Part shown: positions 10,927-24,560 of the stretch, piece by piece
How positions within the stretch are numbered: the stretch's first letter is position 1
Layout: each line of letters begins with the position of its first letter
Source: Rhynchopus sp. YZ270_cl-10
Lineage: Eukaryota
Length of the DNA: 64,000 nucleotides
Reading direction: 5' to 3'
NCBI GenBank assembly: GCA_964035575.1
Contig: OZ037834.1
Location: 1-64,000 of the forward strand
The notes under the pieces: model-generated
Told to the model about the DNA's origin: nothing
What the model saw: the letters and a program-made list of their open reading frames with translations, nothing else
Databases searched by the model: none
Position numbers and translations under genes: made by a program

Positions 10927-13900
10927 TGTGGAGCTGTGGAGCTGTGGAGCTGTGGAGCTGTGGAGCTGTGGAGCTGTGGAGCTGTGGAGCTGTGGAGCTG
11001 TGGAGCTGTGGAGCTGTGGAGCTGTGGAGCTGTGGAGCTGTGGAGCTGTGGAGCTGTGGAGCTGTGGAGCTGTGGAGCTGTGGAGCTGTGGAGCTGTGGA
11101 GCTGTGGAGCTGTGGAGCTGTGGAGCTGTGGAGCTGTGGAGCTGTGGAGCTGTGGAGCTGTGGAGCTGTGGAGCTGTGGAGCTGTGGAGCTGTGGAGCTG
11201 TGGAGCTGTGGAGCTGTGGAGCTGTGGAGCTGTGGAGCTGTGGAGCTGTGGAGCTGTGGAGCTGTGGAGCTGTGGAGCTGTGGAGCTGTGGAGCTGTGGA
11301 GCTGTGGAGCTGTGGAGCTGTGGAGCTGTGGAGCTGTGGAGCTGTGGAGCTGTGGAGCTGTGGAGCTGTGGAGCTGTGGAGCTGTGGAGCTGTGGAGCTG
11401 TGGAGCTGTGGAGCTGTGGAGCTGTGGAGCTGTGGAGCTGTGGAGCTGTGGAGCTGTGGAGCTGTGGAGCTGTGGAGCTGTGGAGCTGTGGAGCTGTGGA
11501 GCTGTGGAGCTGTGGAGCTGTGGAGCTGTGGAGCTGTGGAGCTGTGGAGCTGTGGAGCTGTGGAGCTGTGGAGCTGTGGAGCTGTGGAGCTGTGGAGCTG
11601 TGGAGCTGTGGAGCTGTGGAGCTGTGGAGCTGTGGAGCTGTGGAGCTGTGGAGCTGTGGAGCTGTGGAGCTGTGGAGCTGTGGAGCTGTGGAGCTGTGGA
11701 GCTGTGGAGCTGTGGAGCTGTGGAGCTGTGGAGCTGTGGAGCTGTGGAGCTGTGGAGCTGTGGAGCTGTGGAGCTGTGGAGCTGTGGAGCTGTGGAGCTG
11801 TGGAGCTGTGGAGCTGTGGAGCTGTGGAGCTGTGGAGCTGTGGAGCTGTGGAGCTGTGGAGCTGTGGAGCTGTGGAGCTGTGGAGCTGTGGAGCTGTGGA
11901 GCTGTGGAGCTGTGGAGCTGTGGAGCTGTGGAGCTGTGGAGCTGTGGAGCTGTGGAGCTGTGGAGCTGTGGAGCTGTGGAGCTGTGGAGCTGTGGAGCTG
12001 TGGAGCTGTGGAGCTGTGGAGCTGTGGAGCTGTGGAGCTGTGGAGCTGTGGAGCTGTGGAGCTGTGGAGCTGTGGAGCTGTGGAGCTGTGGAGCTGTGGA
12101 GCTGTGGAGCTGTGGAGCTGTGGAGCTGTGGAGCTGTGGAGCTGTGGAGCTGTGGAGCTGTGGAGCTGTGGAGCTGTGGAGCTGTGGAGCTGTGGAGCTG
12201 TGGAGCTGTGGAGCTGTGGAGCTGTGGAGCTGTGGAGCTGTGGAGCTGTGGAGCTGTGGAGCTGTGGAGCTGTGGAGCTGTGGAGCTGTGGAGCTGTGGA
12301 GCTGTGGAGCTGTGGAGCTGTGGAGCTGTGGAGCTGTGGAGCTGTGGAGCTGTGGAGCTGTGGAGCTGTGGAGCTGTGGAGCTGTGGAGCTGTGGAGCTG
12401 TGGAGCTGTGGAGCTGTGGAGCTGTGGAGCTGTGGAGCTGTGGAGCTGTGGAGCTGTGGAGCTGTGGAGCTGTGGAGCTGTGGAGCTGTGGAGCTGTGGA
12501 GCTGTGGAGCTGTGGAGCTGTGGAGCTGTGGAGCTGTGGAGCTGTGGAGCTGTGGAGCTGTGGAGCTGTGGAGCTGTGGAGCTGTGGAGCTGTGGAGCTG
12601 TGGAGCTGTGGAGCTGTGGAGCTGTGGAGCTGTGGAGCTGTGGAGCTGTGGAGCTGTGGAGCTGTGGAGCTGTGGAGCTGTGGAGCTGTGGAGCTGTGGA
12701 GCTGTGGAGCTGTGGAGCTGTGGAGCTGTGGAGCTGTGGAGCTGTGGAGCTGTGGAGCTGTGGAGCTGTGGAGCTGTGGAGCTGTGGAGCTGTGGAGCTG
12801 TGGAGCTGTGGAGCTGTGGAGCTGTGGAGCTGTGGAGCTGTGGAGCTGTGGAGCTGTGGAGCTGTGGAGCTGTGGAGCTGTGGAGCTGTGGAGCTGTGGA
12901 GCTGTGGAGCTGTGGAGCTGTGGAGCTGTGGAGCTGTGGAGCTGTGGAGCTGTGGAGCTGTGGAGCTGTGGAGCTGTGGAGCTGTGGAGCTGTGGAGCTG
13001 TGGAGCTGTGGAGCTGTGGAGCTGTGGAGCTGTGGAGCTGTGGAGCTGTGGAGCTGTGGAGCTGTGGAGCTGTGGAGCTGTGGAGCTGTGGAGCTGTGGA
13101 GCTGTGGAGCTGTGGAGCTGTGGAGCTGTGGAGCTGTGGAGCTGTGGAGCTGTGGAGCTGTGGAGCTGTGGAGCTGTGGAGCTGTGGAGCTGTGGAGCTG
13201 TGGAGCTGTGGAGCTGTGGAGCTGTGGAGCTGTGGAGCTGTGGAGCTGTGGAGCTGTGGAGCTGTGGAGCTGTGGAGCTGTGGAGCTGTGGAGCTGTGGA
13301 GCTGTGGAGCTGTGGAGCTGTGGAGCTGTGGAGCTGTGGAGCTGTGGAGCTGTGGAGCTGTGGAGCTGTGGAGCTGTGGAGCTGTGGAGCTGTGGAGCTG
13401 TGGAGCTGTGGAGCTGTGGAGCTGTGGAGCTGTGGAGCTGTGGAGCTGTGGAGCTGTGGAGCTGTGGAGCTGTGGAGCTGTGGAGCTGTGGAGCTGTGGA
13501 GCTGTGGAGCTGTGGAGCTGTGGAGCTGTGGAGCTGTGGAGCTGTGGAGCTGTGGAGCTGTGGAGCTGTGGAGCTGTGGAGCTGTGGAGCTGTGGAGCTG
13601 TGGAGCTGTGGAGCTGTGGAGCTGTGGAGCTGTGGAGCTGTGGAGCTGTGGAGCTGTGGAGCTGTGGAGCTGTGGAGCTGTGGAGCTGTGGAGCTGTGGA
13701 GCTGTGGAGCTGTGGAGCTGTGGAGCTGTGGAGCTGTGGAGCTGTGGAGCTGTGGAGCTGTGGAGCTGTGGAGCTGTGGAGCTGTGGAGCTGTGGAGCTG
13801 TGGAGCTGTGGAGCTGTGGAGCTGTGGAGCTGTGGAGCTGTGGAGCTGTGGAGCTGTGGAGCTGTGGAGCTGTGGAGCTGTGGAGCTGTGGAGCTGTGGA

Positions 13901-15560
13901 GCTGTGGAGCTGTGGAGCTGTGGAGCTGTGGAGCTGTGGAGCTGTGGAGCTGTGGAGCTGTGGAGCTGTGGAGCTGTGGAGCTGTGGAGCTGTGGAGCTG
14001 TGGAGCTGTGGAGCTGTGGAGCTGTGGAGCTGTGGAGCTGTGGAGCTGTGGAGCTGTGGAGCTGTGGAGCTGTGGAGCTGTGGAGCTGTGGAGCTGTGGA
14101 GCTGTGGAGCTGTGGAGCTGTGGAGCTGTGGAGCTGTGGAGCTGTGGAGCTGTGGAGCTGTGGAGCTGTGGAGCTGTGGAGCTGTGGAGCTGTGGAGCTG
14201 TGGAGCTGTGGAGCTGTGGAGCTGTGGAGCTGTGGAGCTGTGGAGCTGTGGAGCTGTGGAGCTGTGGAGCTGTGGAGCTGTGGAGCTGTGGAGCTGTGGA
14301 GCTGTGGAGCTGTGGAGCTGTGGAGCTGTGGAGCTGTGGAGCTGTGGAGCTGTGGAGCTGTGGAGCTGTGGAGCTGTGGAGCTGTGGAGCTGTGGAGCTG
14401 TGGAGCTGTGGAGCTGTGGAGCTGTGGAGCTGTGGAGCTGTGGAGCTGTGGAGCTGTGGAGCTGTGGAGCTGTGGAGCTGTGGAGCTGTGGAGCTGTGGA
14501 GCTGTGGAGCTGTGGAGCTGTGGAGCTGTGGAGCTGTGGAGCTGTGGAGCTGTGGAGCTGTGGAGCTGTGGAGCTGTGGAGCTGTGGAGCTGTGGAGCTG
14601 TGGAGCTGTGGAGCTGTGGAGCTGTGGAGCTGTGGAGCTGTGGAGCTGTGGAGCTGTGGAGCTGTGGAGCTGTGGAGCTGTGGAGCTGTGGAGCTGTGGA
14701 GCTGTGGAGCTGTGGAGCTGTGGAGCTGTGGAGCTGTGGAGCTGTGGAGCTGTGGAGCTGTGGAGCTGTGGAGCTGTGGAGCTGTGGAGCTGTGGAGCTG
14801 TGGAGCTGTGGAGCTGTGGAGCTGTGGAGCTGTGGAGCTGTGGAGCTGTGGAGCTGTGGAGCTGTGGAGCTGTGGAGCTGTGGAGCTGTGGAGCTGTGGA
14901 GCTGTGGAGCTGTGGAGCTGTGGAGCTGTGGAGCTGTGGAGCTGTGGAGCTGTGGAGCTGTGGAGCTGTGGAGCTGTGGAGCTGTGGAGCTGTGGAGCTG
15001 TGGAGCTGTGGAGCTGTGGAGCTGTGGAGCTGTGGAGCTGTGGAGCTGTGGAGCTGTGGAGCTGTGGAGCTGTGGAGCTGTGGAGCTGTGGAGCTGTGGA
15101 GCTGTGGAGCTGTGGAGCTGTGGAGCTGTGGAGCTGTGGAGCTGTGGAGCTGTGGAGCTGTGGAGCTGTGGAGCTGTGGAGCTGTGGAGCTGTGGAGCTG
15201 TGGAGCTGTGGAGCTGTGGAGCTGTGGAGCTGTGGAGCTGTGGAGCTGTGGAGCTGTGGAGCTGTGGAGCTGTGGAGCTGTGGAGCTGTGGAGCTGTGGA
15301 GCTGTGGAGCTGTGGAGCTGTGGAGCTGTGGAGCTGTGGAGCTGTGGAGCTGTGGAGCTGTGGAGCTGTGGAGCTGTGGAGCTGTGGAGCTGTGGAGCTG
15401 TGGAGCTGTGGAGCTGTGGAGCTGTGGAGCTGTGGAGCTGTGGAGCTGTGGAGCTGTGGAGCTGTGGAGCTGTGGAGCTGTGGAGCTGTGGAGCTGTGGA
15501 GCTGTGGAGCTGTGGAGCTGTGGAGCTGTGGAGCTGTGGAGCTGTGGAGCTGTGGAGCTG
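10927..15560. repeat. Perfect octamer satellite (TGTGGAGC)n, ~579 units
   Basis: 4634 bp of uninterrupted 8-bp repeat; the long ORFs over it are artefacts. Confidence 0.98.
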
Positions 15561-15573
15561 GCCACTCCGGTGC

Positions 15574-15637
<64 letters not shown>

Positions 15638-16076
15638 CGTCGAGCAAGGTTTTGGGGAAGCTCAGGGGCCCGCAAAGGGCGACTGCCCCGGCGCAAGCCG
15701 GGGTTGTCCCCACAGGAGCGGGTGCAGGAGCGTCCCCCTTTTTTACTTTTTACTTTTCCGTTTGTTTTTTTTGTGCTGTACAGTTTTTTCTAGAAGGTAG
15801 AATGTAAATAAATTTTTTGTGAATGATTAGATGTACAGAAAACAATTTCTCTTGTCCTTTGTTTGTTTCCCACAATTTCCCACCCCCCTCACAGTTTTCT
15901 GGAGTAGCCCTGCGATTTCAGCGAATTTCACAGTGTCTCACACACCCTGTGGTGCCGGTGTTCCTTCTGCCCCGTTTGTGTTATTGTTGTTCCATTTGTT
16001 TTTCTTTTCAGTTTCTTTTCAGTGGATGATAATGTCTGTAGTCGCCCCAAAAAAAAAAAAAAAAAAAAAAACTCCG

Positions 16077-16233
16077 CTGGCCACTCCGGTGCACAGGGGG
16101 CACGTCCGGTGCACAGGGGGCGCACCCCAAAACGGTGCACAGGGGGCGCCCAAAAATCCGGTGCACAGGGGGCGTTTTACCCGTGATTTAATAGCCGGGC
16201 GCCCCCTGTGCACCGTTTTGACAGGCAGGCCAG
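16077..16233. mobile_element. MITE-like element with CTGGCC…GGCCAG ends and internal CGGTGCACAGGGGGC repeats
   Basis: Direct and inverted copies of CGGTGCACAGGGGGC. The same left end (CTGGCCACTCCGGTGCAC) terminates the satellite at 15558-15575 and is followed by poly-T. Confidence 0.5.
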
Positions 16234-17439
16234 AAGCGCAGAGACGCTCTTGGCGTGTCTCCATGTCCCACAAACGTGTGTCAATACAATGGAGAATATG
16301 TGTGATCTGTGTGGGTATGTCCGGTATGTCCCGACAAACGGTGAACGTTGCTTGTGAGAGCAGCCCATCCCCGTGTGCACCACACACCTCAGTGGTGAGT
16401 GACGTGGCGTGGAACGGAAGTCCTTGCTGCAGGTTGCTTCACTCGGTCACAGTTGCGTCTGACCACGGCAAGCTCTACAGACTCTGCTGTGGCCAACAGC
16501 ACGCCTCAGTTCTGTGCAATACCTGTGAGATACGAGGATGGAGGATGTGGGCTGTACTGTCTTCAGCATACCTGGTTTTGCGGCAGTACGAGGTCTAGAA
16601 GTCTTTGCGAAATTCTGTTACGAGAGGATTCTCGGGCCGCTGTGCGTTGTAATAGCCTCTTTTTGCCGCTGCAGAATCACATGAGTGTAAAAAGGAGCGG
16701 GGGAGAGGAGCTTTGTAGGTAAATGTATGAAACATAAAATTGGTTTGTCTTTTTTGTATTGTACTCCTTGTTTTTTTTGTACATTATCAGTCAAAAATAA
16801 AACTTGTAAGATGTGCGTACACAGCTACACAGTTGTACGTTGCAGAAAAAGGGGGGGTATAATAAAAATGGTGACGGTTTTTGCTTGAAAGATGACTCTG
16901 TCGTATTTGACAGCTTTTCCCGAGGCAGAAAACCAAAAAAACAGCCCAAAAAACAAAATCAAAAAAAGAGAAAAGTTGGTAAAGATGGAATCTAAGGCCA
17001 AAAGTTACTTGTGTCTCTTTGTTGTTGTTCGTTTGTTGCATTGAAAACATCTAAGACTCTCGGACTTAGGCCACCAAAAAAACGGTGTTCTCATGTAGTT
17101 TGGCTCTGATGGTGGTGTTTTCATGTCTTACCCAGGACTACGTTTTGTGGTTTTCATGCGAGGGCAGTGGCACTGTTTTTTTTTCTTTTTCCGATCTCTA
17201 TATAACATCCTTTGGCAGCAAAGAAACAAAAAGACTGGGCTTAGTTTGTGCGCAAACGACCAAATGTAAAAGAGAGAGGGGGAAAAAATGAACCAGAAGT
17301 GAAACTTTGTGACGTTTTGTGCACGTGCTCCCATAGCTTCCAAGGATATACCTCAAGGGTATACCTGTGTTTCCGTTCATTTGATAACACACCAAAGCGC
17401 TGCCCGCAGTCTTTTTTTAAGACCAGAAATAACATTGTT

Positions 17440-17556
17440 CCATCTAATTTTTACCCCACGTAAAGGTGCGAAAAGGCGCGTACAGGCCACGTACAGGAGC
17501 GTGTACGGTCCTGTACAACCCTTTTCGTGCCTATGCGAGGGGTAAAAATCAGGTGG
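17440..17556. mobile_element. MITE, CCACCTGATTTTTACCCC family, 5-bp TSD
   Basis: TIRs CCATCTAATTTTTACCCC / GGGGTAAAAATCAGGTGG; TSD TTGTT on both sides. Confidence 0.85.
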
Positions 17557-18023
17557 TTGTTGAACAAAACAGAAACAAAAGTAAGATGAACCGAAGCCTC
17601 TCATGGTTAGTCACCTGAAAAAAGAACAAAAAATCATCCCCCCAAGAAAAATGTACATAACGCACATATTATCATGGAAACATCTAAAAAGGGGGTACGA
17701 AAAATGAACCACGGACCCCATTAAAAAACACAAAGGGGAGGAGGGAGGCCTAAGGTGGGTTTCAGGTTGTTTTTCGTTTTGTTTTTTGTTTTTGAGCTAA
17801 GGAACCTTAGGCTATTAGCCCCTACCTGTGTTTTGAACCATCCCTGAGGTGGTATTTTGGGGTTAGTGGTTATGCTCGTTTGAATATTTAAAAAAAAACA
17901 AGGGTGAAAGTCAAATGTATACACATATACACAGGGTTATAGTCAGATCTATACACTCATTGTATATACAATTGTCAATTGTACATACAATTGTATAGAA
18001 ATTGTATAGATCTGACTATTTGA

Positions 18024-20997
18024 CACGGATGCTGCCAGATCTGGCCAGATCTCCAGATCTGGGCCGCCCAGATCTGGCCAGATCTGGGAAAATTTTTTTT
18101 TTTTTTGAAAAAAAAATTTTTCCCAGACGTCCCAGATCTGGCCAGATCTGGCCAGATCTGGCCACATCTGGGAGATCTGGGACGTCTGGGAAAATTTTTT
18201 TTTCCAGGTACCCCCAATGACATAACGAAGTATCGCTTGAAGTACCGTTCAATATACGTTGCTCGTGTGTGCAAGTTACGAAGTAGGACACACAAGGTAT
18301 ATCAAACGATAAATCAATCAGATAAACGTTACATCATTGGAAAATTGTTGGCACCGCCGCCCTGTCTTCGTATTTATTACGTCGACAGGCCAAACAGCGT
18401 TGGGCTCAGAAGAAGCAGTGCAAAACACTGGGGATCAACATGAGAACCAACTCCCAACAACACAGGCTACCGAAGTAGCAGGTGGGGTGTTGCGGGTGTT
18501 TGGGGTGAAAGAAAATCGATTTTGGTAAGTTACAGCAGAAAATTCTTAAGTTTGCACAATTGAGAAGGGTGTTACCACTGCCTAATATTATTCGTACATG
18601 TGAACCGGTAAGGTCGAGAAGGGTGGACACGGCATACAAGTACAAGTACAAGTAAGACGTACCTTCTACAAAGGCTGAATTCGCAATTCTTAAGGGATTG
18701 AATTCAGCCCCCACGTGGTGTTTTTGAGAAAATCATTCCATGGTATACAACTATGGTTCCCGAAGAATGATTCGCCCCTCCTCGTTCATGCAAACTTAAG
18801 AAAATTCTGAAGTAACTACAACCTGGCGTGCGGGTACAGATGCATTGCTTTGTTCTTTCCTCAAAGTCATGTGTGATCTCTCGGGTCTGTACTAAAGTCA
18901 GTGTTTAGATAAGCATCCACTTGACTCGTTCTAACAACCGTTGAAATCTAGAACAAAACAATACACTGCCCCTTCTCACACCAAGCCGCCATGCTTCAAG
19001 AGCATGCCCTGGGCAAAAATTACTGTGACAAAAATTAGTTTTCTGGGGGAACGCAATATTTTCTTGTGCCTAGTCCTCCGCAAGCAGAGGACAGACTTTC
19101 CGGATCCCGAAGTCGAATTTCTTGCACTAGCTACGCTCCCTGGGTTAAATGGCTATAGCAGTGACTGACTAAGAGTTTCATAATAATTAGGGTGGTCTAT
19201 GGGGTGGGTTAATGGAAAAGTTGGTATATAAACCCGACTTTTACGATCGCCACCTGGTTTTGAAATAATTGCACCAGCTCTTCCGTCGGCACTGCTTCGC
19301 TGTTATGATGAAGGGTCGTCGGTTCGGGTACCTGTTAAGAGAAATTGAATGTAAAAGTAGAGACTACAACAAAAAAACAAACAAACAAACAAGAAGCCGC
19401 CCCGTACCCCTTAAACGTAAAAGTGACATTTTTGTTGACAAAAAAAAAAAAAAGCTAAAAAATAGCGAACATGTCGAAAAGGGAGAAAATCGGGGGGTTA
19501 AAAACATACCTTGCACTCGGCCCACTCTCCAGGTACAAAGAACATCACTGCACGACAAACCCACTACTACGATAGAAAATAACTATTTTTTACCGAACAG
19601 AAAGGTCGTTTTATTGATGAGTGTTTTCTGAGTGCACACTCAGTGGGGACAAAATGCAACACTTACCGAAAAAATTCTCCAATCGGACAAAAACCTTTCT
19701 AAACACCCAAAAAAAAACACCTCAGTCCACATCCGCTGGGGTCGCGAGATGGAAATATATGGTTTTACAGCTTTTGGGGGGTCTAGCGTGGGTCCCAGAT
19801 GCATTTTGCAACGGGTCTGTGTGTGTGCCTCAACCGCTTCACAGTACCCTTTTTTGTAACTGAAAACGACGCATCCTGTACCTAAGTGCACTGAAGCCTT
19901 GCTTGCGTCCTCCTTCGTGGTTTTGGGCGTTCGCATGCGAGAATCATTATCGCATTCTCACATGTAATTCTCGCATCACGGAGAGGATTTTAGCGTTACG
20001 TGACCACAAAAAAAGTGCACAAAATTAGTTTGGTCAAAAATCACCTTGCACTTGTGAAGGAATTGCTGAGGAAATCTGAAATATGCGTGTTTTGGTACAC
20101 AAAAGTGCGTTTTGGGTGGTTCTGAAGGGTCAAAACACCAAAAAAAAAACGTTTTTTTGCATTTTTGGTCACCCAAGGACCCACTATTTTGGTTGATATT
20201 TTTTTTTTTCCCTTTGCGAAAAAATACCCAAAAATCACGGCTATAAAAACGCTAAGGAAAAATCGATTTTCATTTTTTGGGCAGAGAAGTGCGTTTTAGG
20301 CGCCCACAGATGGTCAAAACATCAAAATTTTTGTGTTTTTGGCATCTTTGGACACCCAAGGACCCACTATCAGGGGTGAATTTTTTTTGCCTGAGATTTG
20401 CCTTTGCCAGAAATCGAAGAAAAAAAAAATTATGAAGGAAATTGCTAAGAAAAAGTCGAAATTGTGGGCCCCTGTACTGCATATGGCGGTACCAGATCGT
20501 CAAAACACCCGACTCTTGCGTTTTTTTGCACTTTTTGGTACACAAAAACCCTGCTCAGGGGTCAAAATTTTCCCGGAAAAAAAAAATTTTTTTTTTCGAG
20601 ATTTTTCAAAAATCGACTTGTCGTTGGTAAAAACCATGAAATTTCGGGTTCGCAAAACCACGTTTTAGACCCCCACAGATGCTCAAAAGTGCCAAATTTT
20701 GCTTTAAATGGCCTCAAATCGTCGAAATTAGCCCTTTTTAGGGGCGAAAAAAAAAATTCGAGAGTCCCTTTCCCTGGGAGACAATAGCCAGAAATCTGAG
20801 GGAAAAAAAAAACTGGCCAGATTTCCAGATCTGGCCAGATCTGGGGAGTTTTTTTTTTTTTTTGAAAAAAAAAATTTCCCAGATTCCCAGATCTGGCCAG
20901 ATCTGGCCAGATCTGGAAACAAGATCTCCACATCTGGAAAACGAGCCAGATCTGGGAAATTGGCCCCCAAATCTGGCCAGATCTGGCAGCATCCGTG
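18024..20997. mobile_element. Nested TIR element (CACGGATGCTGCCAGATCTGG termini), 6-bp TSD
   Basis: Inverted termini with arrays of palindromic CCAGATCTGG; TSD ATTTGA at 18018-18023 and 20998-21003; it splits the left TIR of the outer element. Confidence 0.88.
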
Positions 20998-21160
20998 ATT
21001 TGATGTACAATCCCAACTTTTTTTATAGTCAGATCTATACAATTTATGTACAATCCTAGTTTTCACTAGGTCGTACACAAATTGTATAGATTTGACTTTT
21101 CAAAAGTCAGATCTATTCAATTTTTGGATTGTACACTCGAGGGAGATTGTACACGCCATA

Positions 21161-21292
21161 CCCAGGTACCCAGGTACCCAGGTACCCAGGTACCCAGGTA
21201 CCCAGGTACCCAGGTACCCAGGTACCCAGGTACCCAGGTACCCAGGTACCCAGGTACCCAGGTACCCAGGTACCCAGGTACCCAGGTACCCA
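21161..21292. repeat. Octamer minisatellite (CCCAGGTA)n
   Basis: About 16 perfect units inside the outer element. Confidence 0.95.
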
Positions 21293-22766
21293 GTACACTG
21301 GATACAAGGATAAAAGTCGTGAAAGAGCAACCACAGCCAACCCGCCAGTCACTGAGAAGTGACCAGACAGTCCACTTGACAAACACAAAAGTGTCCGTCG
21401 CGTGGGGCATGCATGCACTGAGGAGATAATGATCCAACAATTTACAAGAAAACATTACTTAACCTACTGCTGGAAATTGCCAGGTCGTAGTAACACACAA
21501 AGTGTGCCTCCGTTCGGGAATATCGGAGTTATAGAGTCCTAAAAGGCCTCTGCCGCTAGTCAAGGTATAACCGAATGAACGGCCCAAGACCCCCGTGGAG
21601 AAGTTAAATGTTGTAATGATTTCAAGTAAAATGCGAGCACTGTCTTACCCTCCTCAATGCATGGTGGAAGATGTCTTTCACAACAAATATCCTGTACCCA
21701 GGTACCCAAATTCCCAAACCCACGCAGTGCACATGACCGCAAGTGTGAGTGACCCACACATGAGGGAATGCGACACTACGCAAAATTTACCACCAGACCC
21801 TGTCTTCGTGCACCTGAAGTACAACGCCGCAGACAGGCCAAACATGCGTTGGACTCAGAGGAATGCCCGCTGTGCAGGTATCAAACATGAGAACAACTCC
21901 CAGCAACAAGGGGCGCCTTTTGGCGGGCGTTGTTGAGGGTGTTTGGGGTGCAAAGTTTTCCACAATTTTGATGCGCGGGTACAGAAGTGTTGTCTTGTTC
22001 TTTCATCTCTAGGAATGTAAATGTCAATCGCGTTTAACTACCACGAGGGCTTGTTCAGTGAACCCACAAGGGGTCGAAGGGGGTTGGTTATCCCGTATCT
22101 ATCAAAGGTTGTGTCGACCAGGCGAATCCACTATGTTACGCTGTACGTTGTTAAATCCGAAGAAATAACGCTTTAGCAGCCGCAGGAAGTTTGTTAAAAA
22201 GAGTGCCTCACGCTACACAAACCACCACCCGCAATTGACTTAGATGTTATAACAAAGAGAATTCAGAACAAAACAACACCCTGCCCCATACACACTAAAT
22301 TGTCATGCTTCGAGAGCATGCCTGGGCCAAAATTACTGTGACGAAAAGGCAACAAGACCACCCACAAGGAGTGTGAGATGTGCGCTGGTTTTCTGGGGGA
22401 ACGCAATATTTTCTTGTGTCTAGTCCTCCGCAAGCAGAGGACAGACTTTCCGGAAGGTTTCCAAAGTCAAATTTCTTGCACTAGCTATGCTCCCTGGGTT
22501 AAATGGCAATAGCAGTGACTGACTTCTGAGAAAAATCGGGTGTGCGAAACCCAATTTCCATTTTTTTGTGTATAGTCCTGTAGGGGTGGGTGTGTGTGGG
22601 TAGGTGGGTAGGTGGGAGGCAATAGCCAGAAACCTGGCCAAATCCTGTGTACTGGGATTGTACATAAATTGTATAGATCTGACTATAAAAAAAGTTGGGA
22701 TTGTACATCAAATAGTCAGATCTATACAATTTCTATACAATTGTATGTACAATTGACAATTGTATA

Positions 22767-23900
22767 TCATACATTCCATGGTTCTCCGTATAGAAAAGCC
22801 TGTTTGTGGAGCCAGTTTAAAGTGATAAAAAATCCGCCAAAAAAATCGTGCGACCCCGGAATTTTTTCAGATCGATCCGGAAATTCACTGCCGCCCATTT
22901 TCGAGGGTCAACAATTCATGACTTGAGTCGTAAATGGAACTGTCCGTGGACACATGGATTTTATAAATTTTTTCCCCCGATTTTTTTTTCGATTTTTATT
23001 TATTTGGAAAGATCGGGTACGAAAACGTTCAATTCCGGGGTCGCACGATTTTTTTTATGCCTCTGTGGATGGTTAGGTGATTTTTGGCTGTGGTACCCCC
23101 TTTGGGAACATTTCTATGTAGGTTTCTTAAGGACTTCCTTAAGAAAACCTCCTCTTTGGGTAGCAACACAGTGGCGTTTGTAAATTGATTTCTTTTTGGA
23201 TAAAGTTTTCGGTTTTTGTTTCTTTGGATTTATTTTTTACAAATCCTTCAATTCGGACACATTTTTTATCCCGGAAACACACTCCACGGTATGCAACTTT
23301 TGGTGGAGCCAACCCTTTTTTTCACGTTTCTATGCAGGTTTCTTAAGGACTTCCTTTAGAAAACCTCCTATTTGGGTCACCACACAGTGGCGTCTCTAAA
23401 TTGGGTTTTTTTTGAAGAAAGTTTTCGATTTTTTTTTCTTTGGATTTATTTTTTACAAATCTTTCAATTCCGACCATTTTTTAATTCCTGAAACACACTC
23501 CACGGTACGCAACTTTTGGTGGAGCCGACCCCCTTTTATGCACTGAAATCCCTATACGTTACTGTATAAAGACCCATGGAGCCACTTTAAATTGACTTCT
23601 ACTCCACGAAAGTGGTCGATTTTTTTTATGGTGAAAAGCGGGGAGCTCGGAAATTCACTGCCGCTGGTTTTCAGGGAGACAAAATTACATGTCACACACC
23701 CACCTCACCGAGAGCCAAAACAGAAATACGCTCACCTCGATATTTTTTTTGAAAAAAAAATTTATTTTTCTGGATTTTTATTTCTTTGGATCCGGCCGTT
23801 TCGAAACGTTCAATTGCGGGGTCGGACGATCAAAAATATGCATCTCACATTTCTGAGTGCAAAATATGAAAAAGTATACGGAGAACCATGGAATGTATGA
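22767..23900. mobile_element. Nested TIR element in the right TIR of the outer element
   Basis: TIRs TCATACATTCCATGGTTCTCCGTATA / TATACGGAGAACCATGGAATGTATGA. TSD is TA (or ATAT if the ends are CATAC…GTATG). Contains an internal ~220-bp tandem duplication. Confidence 0.85.
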
Positions 23901-24560
23901 TATACAATGAGTGTATAGATCTGACTATAACCCTGTGTATATGTGTATACATTTGACTTTCACCCAAAAAAACAATTTGGGACTAATAAAAACGCGAAGG
24001 AGAAAGAGAGAGAGAGAGACGTTTGTAAGGTGTACCCACAAGTCTCGTGGTGATGGGTCTTACCTTTATACTGTGTTTTGAAAAGAAAAAAAAAACTGGA
24101 CCAGAAAATACATGGACCAGAATAATCATGGACCTTTTGGAATTTTTTTATGGGCCAATTTTTCTGGTCCATTATTCTTTCAAAACACGGTATTAAGGGG
24201 GAGGGGGGGTGAAGTGAAACAAAAAGGAGGGATATTACGTTTACCCCACCCAACCCCCTGCAAACATCATGCGAAAATGTGAACGCTGGCTCATTTTATT
24301 TTTTTATTTTTTTTACTTTCTTTTTGGGGGGATATCTGCTTGATGAACAAAGTGTGAAGCAACGGTGTCATCAAAACAGGGGAACAAGGGGTACGATAAC
24401 AATCCACAATAACACGTTGGCAATAATCACAAAAACAAAAACAAAAACAAAAACTTGAAAATATTTGCACATATGTTGGAGAAAAAGAAATGTAAAATAT
24501 AAAAATACGCCTGAAGCGGGAACAAAGGTTGATGCAAAAAGGTCGATACGAATCATCGAT

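Larger units (their letters stand above)
17902..23965. mobile_element. Non-autonomous long-TIR DNA transposon (Mutator-like), 10-bp TSD, with nested insertions
   Basis: TIR GGGTGAAAGTCAAATGTATACACATATACACAGGG… matches the reverse complement ending at 23965. TIR is ~180 bp once nested inserts are removed. TSD AAAAAAACAA on both sides. Confidence 0.9.

Noticed and set aside
10701..15807. Six ORFs of 1500-1670 aa (ELWSCGAV / SSTAPQLH repeats), and similar ORFs at 1-1817
   Set aside because: They are translations of stop-free octamer satellites, open in all frames.
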